Positions 47,029 through 55,677 of a stretch of DNA of 64,000 nucleotides are shown here, piece by piece. Source of the stretch: a virus. The stretch is from the IMG/VR virus record IMGVR_UViG_3300028800_000062, positions 82,743-146,742 of that record. The stretch is one strand, 5' to 3'. The notes under the pieces are model-generated. The model was not told where the DNA came from. It worked only from the letters and a program-made list of their open reading frames with translations, and made no database searches. A program made the position numbers and the translations under genes. How positions within the stretch are numbered: the first letter of the stretch is position 1; each line of letters begins with the position of its first letter.

Positions 47029-47308
47029 CGTACCTCCAACACAGATAGGTCACCAAGAACAGGGCGCGGAATTCACAGATTACGTCCTGCATGTCCGGAT
47101 GTGGCGGCAACATCCAGTGCCGTAGCATGTGGCATTGACGATGGACCAGCTGCAGATTATCGATATGATCGTTCCCGTGATAGCTGAGCTGTTGGATGTG
47201 GTCAAGTTCATGCCTGGGATGATGCAGCGGATTGCAACACAACCCGCATTGCCCACCCTGGCACTCGAATAACTGCCTGCGGCGCTTGCGTTTCTGCGCG
47301 CGGTTCAT
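46811..47308 (-). CDS. HNH endonuclease
   Basis: CGLC...LDHIQQLSYHGNDHIDNLQLVHRQCH; 3' tail overlaps the next gene. Confidence 0.8.
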   Translation of the reverse strand: MNRAQKRKRRRQLFECQGGQCGLCCNPLHHPRHELDHIQQLSYHGNDHIDNLQLVHRQCHMLRHWMLPPHPDMQDVICEFRALFLVTYLCWRYDERITAVVGQGRALCRVGGVSEPGRTRLPVLLRVQICLAVCRHLQSLAAGGGRLEEASSGSGQQTCGARRAA

Positions 47309-47310
47309 GT

Positions 47311-47589
47311 CTATACAGGGATGGGATAATCGACTGCCGCGGCTTCCACTGGAAACTCGTAGTTCCCAGCGATAGAGTCAGACTGCAGTGTGGCATCCAT
47401 CGCGGCACTCAACTGGGAGTTTACCTTGCCCAGTTCAGCATCCAGTTTGCGGGCCAGGTCGCGCAGGACGCCCCGCGTCAGACCTAATTCCGACTCCGCC
47501 TGGTCAAGCAGCATCTCACGGGCCTGCTCTAAACCGCGGCGCCGGCCCATCAACACATGCACATCTTCAATGATTGCTTCTTGTTCCAT
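47311..47589 (-). CDS. Hypothetical protein
   Basis: AGGAG SD. Confidence 0.6.
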   Translation of the reverse strand: MEQEAIIEDVHVLMGRRRGLEQAREMLLDQAESELGLTRGVLRDLARKLDAELGKVNSQLSAAMDATLQSDSIAGNYEFPVEAAAVDYPIPV

Positions 47590-47597
47590 AACTGCTC

Positions 47598-49802
47598 CTA
47601 CGATGCCTTTGGCATCTCGATTACGTCTTCCCCGTCCACACCTGTGCGAACGGTTTCCATCAGCAGGGGGTGCTCATTGTCCCGCATGGCGCGCACGAAG
47701 TTCAGCATGCCTTGGCGCTTGAACTCACCGGCCGGAATCTCTTCTTCCACAACTTCTCCGGTACTTGCATCGATCAACGCCGGCACCTGAGGCAGCATGA
47801 TCGAATACCAGGCACCACCCTTTTTGACCACCCCGGACTGCACCGCCATTTCCAGGTAGTCATACTACTTGGAAAAGCTGTAATTGAACAGATACGCCAG
47901 CGTGCAGTTGCGGTACTGCGGAGAGATCTTGTTCTTGTCCGTATGGAGTACGACACGCGTCCCCAGCAGAGGTCCGTCTTTAGTATCCTGGATCTTGTAG
48001 TTGGGAAAAGCCAACTCTAGGGAAATGCGGATCGAAGCCCAGAAAGGCAGCCCGCGGCCGCCGGTGGTCACATATCCAGGTCCGCCTGGCCCGGAAGGCC
48101 CGGTCTTCATACGGGTCTGATTGATCCAGATCACGTTGGCCCGTTTGGCTACATTTCGGCGGAGAAACGCCGAGAGCATCTTACTAACCCCGCCTAGGCG
48201 GCCTTCTTCTCCGGCGTCTTTCTCCAGGTCGGCCTTACTTTCCAATGCCGCTACGGAGTCGACCAGAATCACGTCGAACAGCTGACTCAACTGCCGCAGA
48301 GTTTCCAGGATCGCCTCAGCCGGCATCGTCGTTTCGGCATAGCGCACCATGAAGACCGCAGTCTTCAAAGGATCCGTCTGGCTGTCGGTAATGATTCCAA
48401 TCTGATGCAGGTAGTCAGTCGTAATGGTCCGTTCGAGATCGAAGATCGCCGTTCGAAACCCTTGTGCCTGAGCAGAGCGGATCATCTCCAAACCCAAGCT
48501 CGTGTTATGCGTAACCACATAGTTATCTGTTATATACATATGTGATGGATGGCTGACTTTGATGCAGCGCATTTCTTCTACACCGTCGGCTTCAACGGAG
48601 ACTATCGACAATCTTGGCGTATTCACCTTGTTCAGGTTTACTCTCGATCTCTTGCGGCCCAAACCTAACACGTCTCCGATGTTCTTCATGATCACGCAGA
48701 CACGATAGGACTTCTTGCCACTCCGCTGCTTTCCGTTATAGGTATATTTCGTGATCCTTGGTCCGTGAACAGTAGCCATACCGCCCAACGATCTCACGAG
48801 TTCCTCTGTGTCACGCGCCAATTGTAAGCTCGACGTACAGAACTGAACGGCTCCTTTCGCCGTGGCGGTTCCATCTGTGTCTAATAATCCTTTCAACAGC
48901 GACTGTCTGCTACTCTTGTCAGCCAGGAGATATTCTTTCGGAATCCACTTTTCTTCCGAACGCTTACCTAACAGGTGCAGATCTTCTAACACCTGTGCTA
49001 CGGGATTGGCGGATGGGTACCCCTTGGAAGTTCTCGTTGATACTGTTCGAGCGACGTTATAGCAGTACTTGCTGGTTTGATGGAGTCCGCATCCGTATTC
49101 CTTTAACAAACCATTCATTCGGTTCACTAATTCCGGATCAGCTGTTGTGTACCCTGGAGTTCCATGGTCGCTCATCCCACCATCACCCAACATCAGACCG
49201 AGAAGTTCCGGAGACAAAGGAAGTGCGTCCGTACACCCAAAATCGCCAGAGACAGTAGGAATAGAAAGTCTCTTACGATTGGCGGCCACTTGAATATCTG
49301 CCATGATTTCATAGGTGTTCATCAACTGGTAATCCAGTTTCATGCGATGCCACCACACGTGGTTCTTTTTGATCGGCCACAGATGTTCACCGCAGCATCG
49401 GACAGTACGACCGTCGCTGAAGGTGATCTTCCAAACCCTCCGCATTCCCTGTGGATAAATGGCCTCTACTGTAGATTCTGCCCCATCTACAGATGCCAAT
49501 GGATCACCGATCTGAACGTCCCCTATAGTTGTCCACCCGCTGGGAGTTTTAAGCTTGGCGCTCAATGGTTGCGCTTTTCCAACCTCCGGTTGCTTGCTGA
49601 AGATTTCGATATCCCGTCCCCGGGGAATGCCGCCATTCTCCGTACGCAGGATATGGTCCAACTGCGGAAACCCGGTCGAGATGCACTCCACAGTCATGTC
49701 TTCGCAATCTTCGGCCAGCTTCACAATGGTTAACTTACGTTCCACCAACAGCTTACGCAGTTCATCGGTCGCGTTGGTAATTGTTTGTTCTTTCTTCGCC
49801 AT
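47598..49802 (-). CDS. recA: RecA/UvsX-like recombinase with intein; in-frame TAG at 47865-47867 before the C-terminal domain
   Basis: ISTGFPQLD...GGIPRGR, LVDSVAAL, INQTRMK, TTGGRGLPFWAS, KNK; KKGGAWY follows in frame after the TAG. Confidence 0.9.
48504..49574 (-). mobile_element. Class 3 intein (357 aa) with LAGLIDADG homing endonuclease
   Basis: GK|AQPL start, EHLW, RCI, YITDNYVVTHN|T; LLGLMLGDG and LKGLLDTDG. Confidence 0.9.
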
Positions 49803-49809
49803 ATGTTAC

Positions 49810-50070
49810 TCAGTCCTTTGTGAAAGTGAACACCAGCGGCCAGATACTTACGGAAACGCCATCCCGGCTACTGGGCACATACCATCCAACGAAGACGGCA
49901 GCTGTGGCTGAGTCATCTCGGCTCAGTGTCAACCACCCGGTCAACGTCAAACCAATCGCCACAGAGCGCCGGAAACCACCGCCGAGAATCAAAGTGGGAA
50001 CCCCTGTGCACATGAAAACATGCACATATTTACTCAGACGAGTCTTCATGTCCCGAATCGTGTTATACAT
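49810..50070 (-). CDS. Hypothetical protein
   Basis: ORF in operon. Confidence 0.45.
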   Translation of the reverse strand: MYNTIRDMKTRLSKYVHVFMCTGVPTLILGGGFRRSVAIGLTLTGWLTLSRDDSATAAVFVGWYVPSSRDGVSVSIWPLVFTFTKD

Positions 50071-50305
50071 TCTTGTCCTTAAGTGTTGCAGCCAACTTGA
50101 ACAGATCAGCTGCCAAACGCGGGAACTTCACCGCGCATTGTGTTGCATACCGCTCCAGAACCGCCGGCGCAAATTCATTATGATCCAGATCTAAGACGAA
50201 ATAGGAACAGTCATGATGTTTACACCCAGGAGCGCTGCCTCCGTCGGTGCGCGAAACGTAAAACTTCCCGTACAGGCCGCCTATGGCATCATTAAGACTA
50301 CGCAT
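50063..50305 (-). CDS. Conserved-looking phage hypothetical protein
   Basis: GLYGKFYVSRTDG...YFVLDLDH motif. Confidence 0.7.
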   Translation of the reverse strand: MRSLNDAIGGLYGKFYVSRTDGGSAPGCKHHDCSYFVLDLDHNEFAPAVLERYATQCAVKFPRLAADLFKLAATLKDKNV

Positions 50306-50751
50306 CAGCCTACCCTCCGACTGGGCGAAGTCGAAGAGCGATAACCGTCACCCTCTAAACCAAGCAATTTCTTGCACTGGTTTACACGGCTATCGATACA
50401 CCGCACCAGGCCGTCAAGCTGGGACACTAGTGCCTTACCGCCCGCCGAGAAGGTCTTTCGATAAGACTCCACCGAAACGCCCTTCTGCTTGTCCTGCAGA
50501 AACACGGCGCTCTCCCCGTGTTCCTCAAAAGCCACGGCCAGGGACAGCCAACGAACCACTCGAGCCCGCCAGCTTTCGACGTATCCCATGTGGATTTCCA
50601 TGTTCGAGATATCGCCGCTTGAGATATTCTTGTCCAACTTCTCGTATAGCGGGGGCAGGATGCCATCGAGCTCTTCGTCAAACAACAATACCGCCGCCAG
50701 AAACTCTTCAGAAGATGAAATCTTCAATACTTCTCGAATACTCTTAACCAT
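50305..50751 (-). CDS. Helical protein, possibly UvsY-like mediator
   Basis: All-helical, near recA; function speculative. Confidence 0.5.
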   Translation of the reverse strand: MVKSIREVLKISSSEEFLAAVLLFDEELDGILPPLYEKLDKNISSGDISNMEIHMGYVESWRARVVRWLSLAVAFEEHGESAVFLQDKQKGVSVESYRKTFSAGGKALVSQLDGLVRCIDSRVNQCKKLLGLEGDGYRSSTSPSRRVG

Positions 50752-51157
50752 CGTTCACTCCCAGATCGGGGATCTCAAACAACGCCAACCTGCCATTAGC
50801 CAGCGTGCGCTCCAAGATAGTCAGATGGGCGCTTTGTTGTTCTAATTGTGCCATGCACTGACTCAACTTCTCCTGGGCGATTTGTAGCTCGGCCTGCAGA
50901 CTCTGTTCGCTTTGCCGCAGCCGGAGCAATTCCGACCGCGGCGCTGTAGCATGATCCTGCATCCAGAACAACCGGCATTGCAGTTTCTCCGCATCCGCAA
51001 AATCCGCGTCGACCACCCGTTTGCCTTCAGCTCCCAGGTGGTTAGCGGATTCAATCAGAAGTCCCAAGGTTCGAACTCCATCGGGCCCCACAACTGATAC
51101 CGTCAGGACACCGCACTCCTGCTGCGCCGTATATTCGTCCGGCAGATCAGGCGGCAT
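50744..51157 (-). CDS. Coiled-coil protein
   Basis: Heptad C-terminus. Confidence 0.55.
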   Translation of the reverse strand: MPPDLPDEYTAQQECGVLTVSVVGPDGVRTLGLLIESANHLGAEGKRVVDADFADAEKLQCRLFWMQDHATAPRSELLRLRQSEQSLQAELQIAQEKLSQCMAQLEQQSAHLTILERTLANGRLALFEIPDLGVNDG

Positions 51158-52430
51158 TGGCGTCGTCGATCGAGATCAGATCGCTGGCCAGGTTGGCATA
51201 GGCCGGATCCTGCAGGCCAATGCACCGTTTCCGGTAATTGCAGAAGTTGCAGTGCCAGTCACCAAGCACCGGGACTTCCCGCGACTTCCGGTTCTTGCCG
51301 GAAGACACCGTTTTCCATTCCTTGTACTTGGTCTTACCGAGAAACCCCCGCTCGTACAATGCTTCGATCTTCTCAGGTGAATAGTTCCACTCGTACTCCG
51401 CAGGTGGCATGAACTCCAGAGGCAGACTGCGCATTTCCAGGCCGAGCGCCTCCCAATACTTCTTCACCTCATAGTAATGCGCATCCGTGGCAGGAGCCCG
51501 AACACCGCGTAGTTCCAGTCGTCGGACCGCTTCATCGTAAGTGCGCAGATAATAGCCCTGTAACGTCTGGAAGCGCTCGTAGATGGATTCCACGGTAAAA
51601 ATGGGAACCACGGCTCCATCAACCGAGGGATAGTGCCAGCCGTCCAAGGGATCGCAGGAGATCCCAATATTGAACTGGCGGCGCCCCGCTTCGTCCCGGG
51701 AAATGTAGATCAACATTCCGGTGGAAGGCCCGTCGCCCATGGCGGCGAAGTTGTCCCAGTCCACCTGCACCCGGTTCCACTTGCGCTTCCATTCCAGGTC
51801 GTGCAGCTCATGAGCCATGACCTTCTGCTCTTCTTCCGTACCGGTCTTGGCCTCCAGAAGGCGCCGCAATTCAATCGTCCGACCTTCCATAACTGTCTTG
51901 TCGCTGCTTGCCTGGCGGATCGCCTCCTTCAACGCCGCGCCGGTGCGGAATTCGTTGAGGTAGACCAGCAGCTGCATGACTGCCGACCACTTGACCTTGC
52001 CCTTATTGAGGACCTGGTCGTTTGACCAGTAGCCGGAGATCGTCTTGCAATCCGCAATGATCGGCTGCTGCGTCTCCGGATCGATCAGGATGTCGTCCAT
52101 TTCAAGGGACGTATTCAGATGCGGGATCTCCACGCGAACGCCGGCCGCCACAAAGATTCCGGCCTTGCGCGCCAGACCGCCTAGATCTTCTTCGACCGCG
52201 CGGCCCACCCGGAATTGCATGGCCTTTTCCGGCTTGATGATTTCTTCGACAGGAGTGCCCACCAGCCGCAGATAGACCGCCCGGTGGCATGCGCCGGTGA
52301 TCTTGGCTTCCGTCTGATCGAACAGCACCGCCGAGGCGTCGCTCGGACGGGTGGAAGCCTTGCGGGCCACGCGCGCCGTCCAGCCTTCTTCCTGCAGTAA
52401 AACCTTGTCAATATGCTCAAATACATCCAC
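51147..52430 (-). CDS. Cas4-like PD-(D/E)XK exonuclease
   Basis: PSDAS, CHRAVY, MDDILID...ADCKT, QLLVY, CNFCNYRKRC; GTG start with SD. Confidence 0.8.
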   Translation of the reverse strand: MDVFEHIDKVLLQEEGWTARVARKASTRPSDASAVLFDQTEAKITGACHRAVYLRLVGTPVEEIIKPEKAMQFRVGRAVEEDLGGLARKAGIFVAAGVRVEIPHLNTSLEMDDILIDPETQQPIIADCKTISGYWSNDQVLNKGKVKWSAVMQLLVYLNEFRTGAALKEAIRQASSDKTVMEGRTIELRRLLEAKTGTEEEQKVMAHELHDLEWKRKWNRVQVDWDNFAAMGDGPSTGMLIYISRDEAGRRQFNIGISCDPLDGWHYPSVDGAVVPIFTVESIYERFQTLQGYYLRTYDEAVRRLELRGVRAPATDAHYYEVKKYWEALGLEMRSLPLEFMPPAEYEWNYSPEKIEALYERGFLGKTKYKEWKTVSSGKNRKSREVPVLGDWHCNFCNYRKRCIGLQDPAYANLASDLISIDDANAA

Positions 52431-52434
52431 TGCT

Positions 52435-52713
52435 TTATCTCCCTTTCGGACTGGGGTACTTATACTCCAACCGATGACCAGCTTCATCCATATTGATCTT
52501 GCGGCCCACCAGGGCATCAAAATCGACCGTCATGGTCTTCTGTGCCCGCGCCCGATCGCCATTCAGGCGGGCCCATAGAAAGAAGAAGATGGCGAGTCCG
52601 ATGAGGTATACTCCCGGTTCCTGGGACCCTCCCACAAGCTCCACCACTACCGAACTCAAAGCAAAGCCGGCGGCTGCTGAATAGAGAAGCTGGCTCAACT
52701 GATAACGGGTCAT
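52435..52713 (-). CDS. Two-TM membrane protein
   Basis: Two hydrophobic segments; leaderless. Confidence 0.65.
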   Translation of the reverse strand: MTRYQLSQLLYSAAAGFALSSVVVELVGGSQEPGVYLIGLAIFFFLWARLNGDRARAQKTMTVDFDALVGRKINMDEAGHRLEYKYPSPKGR

Positions 52714-52718
52714 AATAC

Positions 52719-53069
52719 CTAGCTTAACACACTGTTAGTTAGCTGTAAAGCCTGGAGGCGGTACAACAAGGCAGCAGGATCGTCGAGGAGCGACAGCGGC
52801 AACCAATGATTGGGACCGCCAGTGTAGTCCTTACGGTGGCGGCAGGTACGCACCAGAATCCCCAAACTGCAGTCCTTGGACACCTGGATATAGATCCAGT
52901 CAGTGTGTAGCGTAATTTCACCCGACACCGCCGGGCCACCCGGATTGAACCGCAAATCGTACTGGTTCGGACTCAGGCCCAGCAACTCGGCCACGATCTT
53001 CAACTGTTTCTTGGCCTTACGCGCAAACTTCCGCTTGACGGGGCTTTCCTCGTATTCTGATTCAGACAT
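52719..53069 (-). CDS. Conserved-looking mobile-element hypothetical protein
   Basis: NPGGPAVSGEITLH...RKDYTGGPNHW. Confidence 0.7.
   Translation of the reverse strand: MSESEYEESPVKRKFARKAKKQLKIVAELLGLSPNQYDLRFNPGGPAVSGEITLHTDWIYIQVSKDCSLGILVRTCRHRKDYTGGPNHWLPLSLLDDPAALLYRLQALQLTNSVLS
52721..52749 (-). promoter_or_regulatory. Promoter TTTACA-17-TAAGCT with operator CTAACTAACAGTGTGTT (52726-52742) in the spacer
   Basis: Motif copy 3; ATG 7 nt after the -10; heads the nuclease-recA block. Confidence 0.7.
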
Positions 53070-53070
53070 C

Positions 53071-53379
53071 TTAGTTCTCCCAAAGCACAATCTTGTTGAC
53101 TTTTCCGCGACAAGGATCCTGCGGTATACCCGCATGCTGCTTCACAGTGCCACACTGTGCGCAAGTCTCGTAGGACATGAACGGCCGCTGTTCCCAGTCA
53201 TGCTGCGTACCGAAAACAGGGTGCAGCACCTGCCAGACCCAGGAGAAATGCGGAGCGCAAAAGCCCTTGTCTTCAAGTAGATACTTGCCCATTCGCCGGC
53301 AGTTGTAGTACCACGTGCCCGGCATTGCGTACTGGCATCGCTTAGTAGTTCGCACAGGTTCCGGATAAGGCACACTCAT
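53071..53379 (-). CDS. Cys/His-rich hypothetical protein
   Basis: Coupled ORF. Confidence 0.5.
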   Translation of the reverse strand: MSVPYPEPVRTTKRCQYAMPGTWYYNCRRMGKYLLEDKGFCAPHFSWVWQVLHPVFGTQHDWEQRPFMSYETCAQCGTVKQHAGIPQDPCRGKVNKIVLWEN

Positions 53380-53777
53380 TTGTGAATATAGTCCCCAGCC
53401 CTACGCGTCCGACCTTGCACGAGATTGTCCAGGCGTACCAGTTGATGGAAGACGTGACTGCGCGCCGAATCACTCCGGGTTCCCTCTTCTCGCACCCGAT
53501 CTTTGTAGTCGTCCAACTCCTCCACCCAGTTGTACTGGATAACGTTGTCCACGGCTTGGATGTCCTCCTTGCCAAGCAACAACAAGTCTCGCCGGCCTGT
53601 CATGGGAATCATTCCGAGCTCGACACGCCGGTCGCGTTCCTGAAACAACAGGGTCAGAGCCTCCACCGCCCGGTCAATCGCCGTATAGACTGCTCCATCG
53701 CCCGCATACGTTCCAGCCAACTCCAGCAACTTCTCTACTTGGCGCAAATCAACAGGCTTCTGCTGTTTCTTGCTCAT
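53376..53777 (-). CDS. Hypothetical protein
   Basis: GAGG SD; start MSKKQQ. Confidence 0.6.
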   Translation of the reverse strand: MSKKQQKPVDLRQVEKLLELAGTYAGDGAVYTAIDRAVEALTLLFQERDRRVELGMIPMTGRRDLLLLGKEDIQAVDNVIQYNWVEELDDYKDRVREEGTRSDSARSHVFHQLVRLDNLVQGRTRRAGDYIHK

Positions 53778-54000
53778 TGTTCGAATACCTCGTCTCGTCA
53801 TTCCATTCCACTTGGAAGCGGCCTTCTGGGCAGCTAACCATGTTATTGCAGTCGTCTACCAGATATAACCCGCCATCCTGGTCGACCATAAAACCGTCCA
53901 TGTCCATAGACAGGAGGTTCTGCGCCCACGCTTCCCTGATAGCGATTTGCTTCAGATTCGGCTTCTTGCCGGTCTGCTTGTCAATTACCGTGAACTTCAT
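53749..54000 (-). CDS. Phage hypothetical protein
   Basis: FTVIDKQTGK...DMDGF...DDC. Confidence 0.65.
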   Translation of the reverse strand: MKFTVIDKQTGKKPNLKQIAIREAWAQNLLSMDMDGFMVDQDGGLYLVDDCNNMVSCPEGRFQVEWNDETRYSNNEQETAEAC

Positions 54001-54185
54001 AGCTTGTTGCCCTCGCGGTCACAACGATATAGACGCAAGCCGCCGATCAGAATTCCAAGCCGGTTGCTGGCATAGGCTGGCACCACTGGAGATTTACGTC
54101 TGGACATATGATCCGCCCAGGAGTTCTTGTACGGAGTGTCCACTCGGATCTCCTTACCATAAATGTCGCGACGTATCTTGGACAT
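53997..54185 (-). CDS. Hypothetical protein
   Basis: Short ORF. Confidence 0.4.
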   Translation of the reverse strand: MSKIRRDIYGKEIRVDTPYKNSWADHMSRRKSPVVPAYASNRLGILIGGLRLYRCDREGNKL

Positions 54186-54387
54186 CTACCCTACCACTCA
54201 GATCGGCATACTTCTGGCCGCATTGGTCACAGCGTAGTTCGATAATCCCCAAAGCTTCCGCCAACCGGCTGGAAGGGATCCGGATCAGGATGCCACAGCG
54301 GTGCTTGGATGTTTTGTTCGCCTTATTGGGGCACCAGATACCGGTCATATCCAGGTTATGGTGGCGTGAGTCATACGTGATCGTCAT
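54154..54387 (-). CDS. Zn-ribbon (Com-like) protein
   Basis: CPN...CG...IELRCDQCG. Confidence 0.55.
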   Translation of the reverse strand: MTITYDSRHHNLDMTGIWCPNKANKTSKHRCGILIRIPSSRLAEALGIIELRCDQCGQKYADLSGRVDVQDTSRHLW

Positions 54388-54441
54388 TAACTTCTACCAT
54401 GTAGGCCAGGTCGCCGATCTTCAGGGTCAGCGGCTCTTGCA

Positions 54442-54660
54442 TTAAAGACTCGCTTTCAGCAACGCAGGTGGCAAAGACCAGGACACTGCGGCCCGTCCTT
54501 CCACAGCCGCTATTACATACCTAGGTTCAACACCACCTGTTGCAATGGCCTGTCGAATCTTTTCCATAGCCTCTTCTGGAGACTGTCCGTAAATCCCGAA
54601 GAATGCTGACGGAGATATGTGGTCGTCTACCGTAACGCAAAGTACCGTATATTCCTTCAT
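54442..54660 (-). CDS. Hypothetical protein
   Basis: Short ORF with SD. Confidence 0.55.
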   Translation of the reverse strand: MKEYTVLCVTVDDHISPSAFFGIYGQSPEEAMEKIRQAIATGGVEPRYVIAAVEGRAAVSWSLPPALLKASL

Positions 54661-54718
54661 CGCTTTCCCTTGTGGTGAGCCTTCAGATAGTGCACAGATA
54701 CAAAGCCGTAAGCCAACA

Positions 54719-55516
54719 TCACATTCTCCAGTCTGTAACCGGACCGATCTGTTCGTCGGCGAGAATCGCTTTCTGGATATCGGCCAAGGATAGGCCTACC
54801 TTGAACGTGTGACCGGTCTCCCGCTCCACCTGAACGTACTCTTCGAGCAGGTCAGGCCGCTGTTTGCCGGCCAGCTTCAATGCGGCCACCGGGGCGAAGA
54901 TACAGAAACTGCAGCTGAGCCTGGGCATGCCAACATCGTAGGCGTAGTGATGCGGAACTCCGCTCTTGCGGATGTCCGACCAGACTTCTTCTACGGGCCA
55001 TTGGTGAATCGCCAGCCAGTCCCAGACCTCTCGGCGGCCATTGCTGGCGCGCTGGTTCAGCTGGTAGGGTAGCTTCTTCGCCCGCGCCGGCGACTCCTCG
55101 GCCCGCATCCCCATACAGTTCAGGATCCGGATCGGTCGATTGCCCCCCAACTCCGTGGTCAGCTTGGTCATTACACGCAGGATGGGCCCGCGTTTGAAAT
55201 CGCTGGTACAGTAGCGCTGTTTGCTGCTGGGCCACTTGCCGCGGCGACGTACGGACTCCAGCAGATCGCCACCGATACGCTTTACGACTTCCAGGCTTAA
55301 TCCGTAATGCTCTGCCTGCTTGCCGGCGAGCTCCGGACAACCGGGCCATTCTATTTTGCCTAAATCTGCGTGGACCGCGACAAGACGTCCGGCCTCTACG
55401 CCGGCTTCCTTGCAGTGCTGCACAACATACCGAAGAATCGTTTGCGAGTCTTTGCCGCTCGAAGTATTGACCAGAATCCAGTCAAAACTGCAAAGATCGG
55501 GAATCATTTCACTCAT
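54719..55516 (-). CDS. PAPS-reductase-family (PP-loop) protein
   Basis: SSGKDSQ, YCTSDFKRGP, GMRAEESPAR, RLSCSFC. Confidence 0.88.
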   Translation of the reverse strand: MSEMIPDLCSFDWILVNTSSGKDSQTILRYVVQHCKEAGVEAGRLVAVHADLGKIEWPGCPELAGKQAEHYGLSLEVVKRIGGDLLESVRRRGKWPSSKQRYCTSDFKRGPILRVMTKLTTELGGNRPIRILNCMGMRAEESPARAKKLPYQLNQRASNGRREVWDWLAIHQWPVEEVWSDIRKSGVPHHYAYDVGMPRLSCSFCIFAPVAALKLAGKQRPDLLEEYVQVERETGHTFKVGLSLADIQKAILADEQIGPVTDWRM

Positions 55517-55674
55517 CGCTTCCCTTTGTGCCGGGGCTTCAAGTAGCGGACCGGCACTTTGTCTTGTAACTGTTGCAGATGTTTCCGATCGTCTAGGGCC
55601 TTCTGGCACGCATAACAGCGCACCGGTCGGCCCCAGACGTTTAGTTCACGCGAACAATCCGCGCACCTGGCCAC
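55513..55674 (-). CDS. 53-aa Zn-finger protein (not in ORF track)
   Basis: MARCADC...RCYACQK; ATGA overlap. Confidence 0.6.
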   Translation of the reverse strand: MARCADCSRELNVWGRPVRCYACQKALDDRKHLQQLQDKVPVRYLKPRHKGKR

Positions 55675-55677
55675 GGA

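Noticed and set aside
47865-47867. Genome-wide TAG reassignment (code 15)
   Set aside because: TAG ends many genes with the next gene immediately following, and long ORFs are otherwise uninterrupted
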